Of a stretch of DNA of 5,714 nucleotides, positions 1-4,476 are shown piece after piece. Positions within the stretch are counted from its first letter, which is position 1; each line of letters opens with the position of its first letter. Under the pieces are notes generated by a model. The model did not search any database and had not been told where the DNA came from. It saw only the letters and a list, made by a program, of their open reading frames with translations. Position numbers and translations under genes: made by a program. The stretch lies in the IMG/VR virus record IMGVR_UViG_3300045988_001675, positions 1 through 5,714 of that record; one strand, given 5' to 3'. Source of the stretch: a virus.

Positions 1-55
1 TCAACGGAGCGATAACAGAAGAAGCAGAAGTAAGCGTAACACCAAATTACGCAGA
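1..55. repeat. Left copy of an exact 55-nt terminal duplication (identical to 5660..5714); a circular-contig overlap, not a biological repeat
   Basis: Direct comparison: tcaacggagcgataacagaagaagcagaagtaagcgtaacaccaaattacgcaga is present at both ends. It lies inside the capsid reading frame. Confidence 0.95.
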
Positions 56-872
56 CTTCGCATGCAAACAATCGGGAAGGGCATATTTAGGCGCAGACCT
101 AAGCACTGTCACAGCAACAACAATTAACGACTTGCGAAACGCAGTTGCAGTACAGCAGTATTACGAAGCACTGGCGCGTGGTGGCAGCAGATACCGCGAA
201 CAGGTACAAGCACTGTGGGATGTGACAATCAGCGACAGAACGGTACAGATTCCCGAATATTTGGGCGGTGGACGCTATCACGTCAACATGAATCAAATCG
301 TCCAGACCAGCGGACAGCAGAGCGACAAAGATACCCCCATCGGCGAAACTGGCGCAATGTCAGTAACACCGGTGAACGAAGGATCCTTCACAAAGAGCTT
401 TGAAGAACATGGTTTCGTAATTGGTGTACTGTGCGTACGTCATAACAGAAGCTATCAGCAGGGACTTGAACGTTTCTGGAGCAGAACCGATAGACTTGAC
501 TACTATGTACCGCAGTTCGCAAATCTGGGAGAACAACCGGTTAAAAAGAAAGAAATCATGCTCACAGGCACGTCAACGGACGAAGAGACGTTCGGCTATC
601 AGGAAGCCTGGGCGGACTACCGAATGAAACCAAACCGTGTATCCGGCAAAATGCGCTCAAACGCATCAGGGACACTAGACTTCTGGCATTATGCTGACAA
701 CTACAAAGAAGTGCCAACACTGTCACAAGGCTGGATGATGGAAGACAAAAAAGAAATTGAAAGAACACTCATTGTTCAGAACGAACCGCAGTTCTTTGGA
801 GCAATCAGAGTGGCAAACAAGACCACACGTTGTATGCCGTTGTACAGTGTGCCGGGACTGAACAAGCTGTAA
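1..872 (+). CDS. VP1: Major capsid protein (Microviridae VP1 / F-family), C-terminal part; 5'-partial in this linear window and continuous with 4876..5714 across the circular junction
   Basis: The frame is open from base 3 to TAA at 870-872. The ORF-track start at 132 is only a TTG inside the open frame. The translation ...INDLRNAVAVQQYYEALARGGSRYREQVQALWDVTISDRTVQIPEYLGGG...GEQPV...YRMKPNRVSGKMRS... shows conserved blocks of microvirus capsid proteins. The reading frame matches 4876..5714 once the 55-nt duplication is collapsed (position p equals p+5659). The joined CDS is 1656 nt, 551 aa. Confidence 0.95.
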   Translation, partial: NGAITEEAEVSVTPNYADFACKQSGRAYLGADLSTVTATTINDLRNAVAVQQYYEALARGGSRYREQVQALWDVTISDRTVQIPEYLGGGRYHVNMNQIVQTSGQQSDKDTPIGETGAMSVTPVNEGSFTKSFEEHGFVIGVLCVRHNRSYQQGLERFWSRTDRLDYYVPQFANLGEQPVKKKEIMLTGTSTDEETFGYQEAWADYRMKPNRVSGKMRSNASGTLDFWHYADNYKEVPTLSQGWMMEDKKEIERTLIVQNEPQFFGAIRVANKTTRCMPLYSVPGLNKL

Positions 873-882
873 GAAAGGAGGA

Positions 883-909
883 AGCCCGGGTTTTGCCCGG
901 GCTATTTTT
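883..909 (+). terminator. Rho-independent terminator immediately after the capsid gene
   Basis: An 8-bp GC-rich stem, agcccggg (883-890) pairing with cccgggct (896-903), has a loop ttttg and is followed by a T5 run (905-909). It starts 11 nt after the VP1 stop codon. Confidence 0.8.
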
Positions 910-911
910 AA

Positions 912-1796
912 ATGGCAGGCTTAACAAAACTCTTAACCGCACTTAACATAGCAGGAAACGTTGCGAACACAGTCGGAACATTCGCAAATGCTGGAAAACA
1001 AATCGCAGGAGCGTTTGGAGGATGGGGGCAAACAGGCAACAGCCAAAGCAGCGGAGGAAGCACACAGCAAGGCGGTGGACACTCTGAAAGCGGAAGCCAA
1101 GCAGGAACAAACGTAAAACAAGTTGATGACTGGCTTAAACAGGCATATGCATACCAAGGACAAGAAAGCGCCATGCAGGGCAAATACAACAGCCAAAGTA
1201 TGTTAAAACAGATGGGATACAACACCTTACAAGCAATTATGCAGGGCGTATATAATCACATCGAAAATAACGTAGCCATGAACTACAACAGTGCAGAAGC
1301 ACTAGCAAACAGAGAATGGCAAGAACATATGTCAAACACGGCATATCAGAGAGCCGTAGAGGACATGAAAAAAGCAGGGATTAACCCAATACTTGCCTTT
1401 GCAAACGGAGGAGCAAGCACACCGGGAGGAAGTGCAGGGACAATCAGCGGAGCAAGTATGGGACTGGCAAGCAGCAGCGCACTTGGAGTAAGTCGAAGCG
1501 GTGGATTTGTCCCAAATGCATACGAAAGTTCGAGTTGGTCACAAAGTGACTGGTTTAACGCTGCACAAAGCTGGCAACAGATGCTCAGTACAACAAAAAT
1601 GACACCTTACGGACTACAGAAAACCTTAACCGAAATCGAAGACGGCACCGAAAAAGCAATCCAAAAGAGCGTAAACACCAATGCAAACAAAGGAAAAATC
1701 CAAGGAAGCACACACGGAAACAGAAAAAACGAAATGAGACAAGACAAAACGGGAAGTTACGGAGAAAAGAGAAAGCCAGGTGATTACTTAAAATGA
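912..1796 (+). CDS. VP2: Minor capsid / DNA pilot protein (Microviridae VP2, phiX174 H analogue)
   Basis: This is a 294-aa ORF directly downstream of the capsid gene. It has a hydrophobic/Gly-rich N-terminus followed by a G/S/Q low-complexity tract. The block NREWQEHMSNTAYQRAVEDMKKAGINPILAF is the conserved signature I recognise from gokushovirus VP2 proteins. The stop overlaps the Rep start (ATGA at 1793-1796). Confidence 0.9.
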   Translation: MAGLTKLLTALNIAGNVANTVGTFANAGKQIAGAFGGWGQTGNSQSSGGSTQQGGGHSESGSQAGTNVKQVDDWLKQAYAYQGQESAMQGKYNSQSMLKQMGYNTLQAIMQGVYNHIENNVAMNYNSAEALANREWQEHMSNTAYQRAVEDMKKAGINPILAFANGGASTPGGSAGTISGASMGLASSSALGVSRSGGFVPNAYESSSWSQSDWFNAAQSWQQMLSTTKMTPYGLQKTLTEIEDGTEKAIQKSVNTNANKGKIQGSTHGNRKNEMRQDKTGSYGEKRKPGDYLK

Positions 1797-2812
1797 GTTG
1801 TTACAAGCCATTAATAAGGCTGTACAACCCGAACGATAAAGACATTAGCGGGAGGGTGTATTCACTCTCCCGCTATTCTCAGTTAGCGGGAAAGCAGCTG
1901 AAATATGAAGATTTGATGTACAGAAAAGATGTCATGTTAATACCATGCGGACAATGCATCGGATGTAGAATCAGACAACGCGAGGACTGGACAACACGCA
2001 TAGAGCTAGAAGCAAGAGATTATCCGAAAGAAGAAGTATGGTTTATTACACTAACCTATAATGACGACAATGTACCGGGTATAATAGTCAAAACAGGGGA
2101 AATAATGCGAAAAGTGCAATACGTCTGGAAGCCGGGTGAGAAGCGTCCTGAAAGCGTCCAAACGTTGCTGTATACTGACGTTCAAAAGTTCTTAAAACGT
2201 CTCAGAAAGGCTTACAGGGGCAAACTACGCTATTTTGTAGCGGGAGAATACGGCGAACAGACAGCAAGGCCGCATTACCACATGATACTATATGGATGGA
2301 GACCGACAGACCTAGAGAATCTATACAAGATACACCACAACGGATACTATACCAGTAAATGGCTAGAAAATCTATGGGACATGGGTCAAATACAGATAGC
2401 GCAAGCAGTGCCAGAAACATATAGATACGTTGCAGGGTATGTAACCAAAAAAATGTATGAAATAGACGGAAAGAAGGGAAATGAATATTATGAACTAGGA
2501 CAACAAAAACCGTTCGCATGTATGAGCCTTAAACCGGGTCTAGGAGATAACTATTACCAAGAGCACAAAGCAGAGATTTGGAAACAAGGCTACATCCAGT
2601 GTACAAACGGAAAACGCGCACAAATACCACGCTATTATGAAAAAATGATGGAAGCTGAAAACCCACAAAGATTATGGAGAATTAAACAGAACAGACAAGC
2701 AGCAGCAATAGACGCAAACCGTAAAAAATACGAAAACACAGACTTTGCAGAACAATGCAAAACGAAAGAAAGAGTAATCAAAAAGCAGATGAAGAAGAGA
2801 GGGACACTTTAA
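1793..2812 (+). CDS. VP4: Rolling-circle replication initiator (Microviridae VP4, phiX174 A analogue; HUH endonuclease)
   Basis: This is a 339-aa ORF with a Cys cluster PCGQCIGCR near the N-terminus. Motif I is FITLTY (aa 84-89). The HUH motif is RPHYHMILYG (H161-Y-H163). The two-tyrosine motif III is YVAGYVTKK (Y212, Y216; compare phiX174 A YVAKYVNK). A SD-like aggtga lies 9 nt upstream of the ATG. Confidence 0.95.
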   Translation: MSCYKPLIRLYNPNDKDISGRVYSLSRYSQLAGKQLKYEDLMYRKDVMLIPCGQCIGCRIRQREDWTTRIELEARDYPKEEVWFITLTYNDDNVPGIIVKTGEIMRKVQYVWKPGEKRPESVQTLLYTDVQKFLKRLRKAYRGKLRYFVAGEYGEQTARPHYHMILYGWRPTDLENLYKIHHNGYYTSKWLENLWDMGQIQIAQAVPETYRYVAGYVTKKMYEIDGKKGNEYYELGQQKPFACMSLKPGLGDNYYQEHKAEIWKQGYIQCTNGKRAQIPRYYEKMMEAENPQRLWRIKQNRQAAAIDANRKKYENTDFAEQCKTKERVIKKQMKKRGTL

Positions 2813-2830
2813 AAGTGTCATGGTGTCACT

Positions 2831-2864
2831 TAGCCCAGTACCTATCAAGTAAGGTACTGGGCTA
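2831..2864 (+). terminator. 13-bp perfect hairpin 19 nt after the Rep stop; candidate terminator or structural element
   Basis: tagcccagtacct (2831-2843) pairs with aggtactgggcta (2852-2864) around the 8-nt loop atcaagta. The following sequence tattagatt is only moderately T-rich, so terminator function is uncertain. Confidence 0.4.
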
Positions 2865-2923
2865 TATTAGATTAAAAGCTCCATGTATCGCTTTATCCAG
2901 TCTATCAAATAGCTATACCTTAT

Positions 2924-2966
2924 CGCGTGTGCACACGCGCACGAAACGCGCACGCGTGCACGCGCG
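2924..2966. repeat. GC-rich imperfect inverted repeat made of two 20-nt perfectly alternating pyrimidine-purine tracts separated by aaa
   Basis: cgcgtgtgcacacgcgcacg (2924-2943) and cgcgcacgcgtgcacgcgcg (2947-2966) can pair over 20 positions: 16 Watson-Crick pairs, 1 G-T and 3 mismatches. The region contains nested perfect palindromes gcgtgtgcacacgc, gcacgcgtgc and gcgtgcacgc. Its composition contrasts sharply with the A-rich remainder of the genome. Confidence 0.75.
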
Positions 2967-3043
2967 GCCTTTTCGGCGCTATAGTTCGCAAGCTCACAAG
3001 CGCCGTATATTATATAAGTTGTTGTAGCCGTAGTAGTAGGAAT

Positions 3044-3218
3044 TGTGGAAAAGTTGATAAGTACTAAAATTTAACGTTAAAACGTAAATAAAAAAGAAAA
3101 AACCATGTTGAAAGTTTTGTTAAAAACTTGTTGAAATGTTAAAAGTTAGTCAAAATGACGAAAAACATTATGCAACATTTTGTGGAAAACCTGTTGAAAC
3201 TGTTGAAACTGTTGAAAA
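3044..3218 (+). repeat. Iteron-like array of about 10 same-orientation TGTTGAAA-type motifs, ending in a 3x tandem 9-mer (ctgttgaaa, 3191-3217)
   Basis: Exact tgttgaaa occurs at 3106, 3129, 3192, 3201 and 3210. The variant tgttaaaa occurs at 3118 and 3137, tgtggaaa at 3044 and 3181, and gttgataa at 3053. All copies are on the + strand in an AT-rich stretch that has no ribosome-binding sites. Confidence 0.8.
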
Positions 3219-3314
3219 CGCGCACGCGCGCAAGGAGTGGATTTAGCCGAGCTCCGCATACGCTACGCACGGCAAGGCGCTAAAGCGCCATTCAAACCAA
3301 AGGAAAAATAAAGC

Positions 3315-3343
3315 TTGACAAAACCAAAAAGGGATAATATAAT
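3315..3343 (+). promoter_or_regulatory. Consensus sigma70-type promoter for the peptidase/late gene block
   Basis: TTGACA (3315-3320), a 17-nt spacer and TATAAT (3338-3343) match the consensus at both hexamers with optimal spacing. This is followed by SD aggag (3364-3368) and ATG at 3377. Confidence 0.8.
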
Positions 3344-3376
3344 CAAAACAGCATAAGACAGAAAGGAGAAAACAGA

Positions 3377-3766
3377 ATGATTACAAGTTACATCGTAGAC
3401 ACAGACGGAAACGAAAAACTTGCAAGACACTTTAAGGTAAAAGAATTTGCTTGCAAAGACGGAAGTCCAATTGTATTCATTGATAACCATCTATACACCA
3501 TTCTAGACATCCTAAGACACGAGCTAGGAAAACCGATCATCATCACCAGCGGATACAGAACGCCAGAGTGGAACGCAAAATGCGGAGGAGCAAAATACAG
3601 CTACCATATGCGCGGTATGGCTGCAGACATCCGAGTCAATGGCATGAGCGCAAAAGCGCTTGCAAACAAACTAAATGAAATTGTACCGGATGAATGCGGA
3701 ATTATCGTATACAATGGCTGGGTGCACTTTGATGTGCGCAAAAGCAAATACAGAAAGGGGGTTTAA
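3377..3766 (+). CDS. Zinc D,D-/L,D-peptidase of the M15 (LAS / Peptidase_M15A-like) family; putative cell-wall hydrolase (endolysin-like)
   Basis: This 129-aa ORF has a strong SD. The motif order is typical of phage/bacterial M15 peptidases: FKVKEFACKDG ... LGKPIIITSGYRTPEWNAKCGGAKYSYHMRGMAAD ... GWVHFDVR. That gives the H-x6-D ... H zinc triad (H77, D84, H117, plus D119). There is no signal peptide or TM segment. Confidence 0.85.
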   Translation: MITSYIVDTDGNEKLARHFKVKEFACKDGSPIVFIDNHLYTILDILRHELGKPIIITSGYRTPEWNAKCGGAKYSYHMRGMAADIRVNGMSAKALANKLNEIVPDECGIIVYNGWVHFDVRKSKYRKGV

Positions 3767-3768
3767 AA

Positions 3769-3873
3769 ATGGCACTGGTTAGCCTGAAAGACATTAAACA
3801 GGCAATTGCAGTAATGCAGGAAATTCTCGAAAAGCTGGATAAAATCTACCACGCTCTGCACGACAAAAACTAA
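3769..3873 (+). CDS. Small hypothetical protein (34 aa), predicted amphipathic helix
   Basis: ATG at 3769 lies 2 nt after the peptidase stop and is preceded by aaggggg about 8 nt upstream. The translation is MALVSLKDIKQAIAVMQEILEKLDKIYHALHDKN, with TAA at 3871-3873. It is too short to appear in the ORF track. It fills an otherwise non-coding gap in a compact genome. No recognisable family. Confidence 0.45.
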   Translation: MALVSLKDIKQAIAVMQEILEKLDKIYHALHDKN

Positions 3874-3888
3874 GAAAGAAGAACAACA

Positions 3889-4113
3889 ATGATGAAATCA
3901 TGGAATGTACGAGACCAGACCAAAGAAGATCTTGAAGAACTTTTAAAACGCAAAAATAAGGAGATAGACGGCAACTTCATAATGCTGAAAAAAATCTCAA
4001 ACATCAACGATACAAAGAAGCTGCTAGAAGAAATCTGGTACATGAAGAGATTTGCAAATGCAATTGAAATGGAACTAATCAGAAGGGAATACAGAAATGG
4101 CAAAACATCGTAA
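3889..4113 (+). CDS. Hypothetical protein (74 aa), charged and helical/coiled-coil-like
   Basis: The ORF is on the ORF track and on the same strand as all phage genes. Only a weak purine-rich SD (gaaagaag) is present. The sequence MMKSWNVRDQTKEDLEELLKRKNKEIDG... is lysine/glutamate-rich with no TM segment and no motif I recognise. Confidence 0.55.
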   Translation: MMKSWNVRDQTKEDLEELLKRKNKEIDGNFIMLKKISNINDTKKLLEEIWYMKRFANAIEMELIRREYRNGKTS

Positions 4114-4219
4114 AAAGATGAACGGCGCAAAAGACCGCCGTATGTTCAACATAACCGCACGCAAAACCAAAACTATCAACCTCAGTCAAAAGCCTATGCG
4201 CGGCGGCATCCGGCTGTAA
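4097..4219 (+). CDS. Small basic DNA-binding/packaging protein (phiX174 J / gokushovirus ORF8-like), 40 aa
   Basis: Manual translation from ATG 4097 gives MAKHRKKMNGAKDRRMFNITARKTKTINLSQKPMRGGIRL, with TAA at 4217-4219. It is very basic (K/R rich) with a C-terminal PMRGGIRL, which I recognise as typical of the tiny basic proteins of gokushoviruses. It overlaps the 3' end of the 74-aa ORF by 17 nt in another frame. It is below the ORF-track size cut-off. Confidence 0.8.
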   Translation: MAKHRKKMNGAKDRRMFNITARKTKTINLSQKPMRGGIRL

Positions 4220-4236
4220 AAGAAAGGAGCAAAACA

Positions 4237-4476
4237 ATGGGACACAACTACTACGGAATCTGGGATAACGTGGCAAAGTGCTACGCATGGGTAGGCGAAA
4301 GCAAGAACAACGCCACCTTTGCACGTATGTGCAACGTGATGGCAAAAGACGAAAAGACCTTCATCGGGCAGAGTCCGCAGGACTACACCGGCTTTAAGCT
4401 GGCAGTCTTCGAAGACGAAATCGGCACGTTCACGAACGACACAGAGAAGGTATGGGAGGGCAAGCCGAATGAATAA
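4237..4476 (+). CDS. VP5-like non-structural protein (79 aa), putative role in ssDNA synthesis/packaging
   Basis: SD aaggag sits 7 nt upstream of the ATG. The pattern YGIWDNVAKCY...NNATFARMC...SPQDYTGFKLAVFEDEIGTF resembles the conserved layout of gokushovirus VP5 proteins (x-D-x-K-A-x-x-Y ... A-x-R-x-F ... P-E-D-(F/Y) ... G-x-F-D-x-x-x-G). The assignment is from memory of the family, not from a search. Confidence 0.6.
   Translation: MGHNYYGIWDNVAKCYAWVGESKNNATFARMCNVMAKDEKTFIGQSPQDYTGFKLAVFEDEIGTFTNDTEKVWEGKPNE

Noticed and set aside
1-55. Terminal direct repeat as a biological feature (DTR, LTR or att-like duplication)
   Set aside because: It lies within a continuous capsid reading frame and restores that frame when the ends are joined. 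This is consistent with a circular-assembly overlap, not a packaging or integration repeat.
215-627. Out-of-frame + strand ORFs embedded in the capsid gene (215-403 and 421-627), considered as phiX174 E-like embedded lysis genes
   Set aside because: Neither encodes a transmembrane helix; both are basic and hydrophilic. Neither has an SD, and one relies on a TTG start. There is nothing to distinguish them from chance open frames.
132-872. ORF-track start of the 246-aa ORF at position 132
   Set aside because: Position 132 is a TTG inside a frame that is open back to base 3. The real start is ATG 4876 on the other side of the circular junction.
2970-3004. tRNA or other structured RNA gene in the GC-rich blocks (including 3219-3290)
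   Set aside because: A gttcg-containing stretch and several short stems were examined. There is no cloverleaf geometry, no T-loop/D-loop consensus and no acceptor-stem pairing, so there is no support for a tRNA.
2755-3027. 90-aa + strand ORF overlapping the Rep 3' end and running through the hairpins and the alternating CG tracts
   Set aside because: It has no SD. Its product (…RVHTRTKRARVHARPFRR…) is just the translation of the CG/CA repeats. It begins inside VP4 in another frame and ends in a tag-tag-tag stop cluster. It is best explained as non-coding structured DNA.
3043-3070. Secondary promoter in the iteron region (ttgtgg at 3043-3048, a 16-nt spacer, then taaaat at 3065-3070)
   Set aside because: Both hexamers are imperfect, and AT-rich DNA throws up many such matches. 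There is no downstream SD or ORF to serve, so it was not called as a feature.
3191-3217. Tandem 9-mers as a CRISPR array or minisatellite
   Set aside because: The repeats are contiguous with no spacers, only 9 nt long and present in only three copies. That is incompatible with CRISPR architecture, and they are better treated as iterons.
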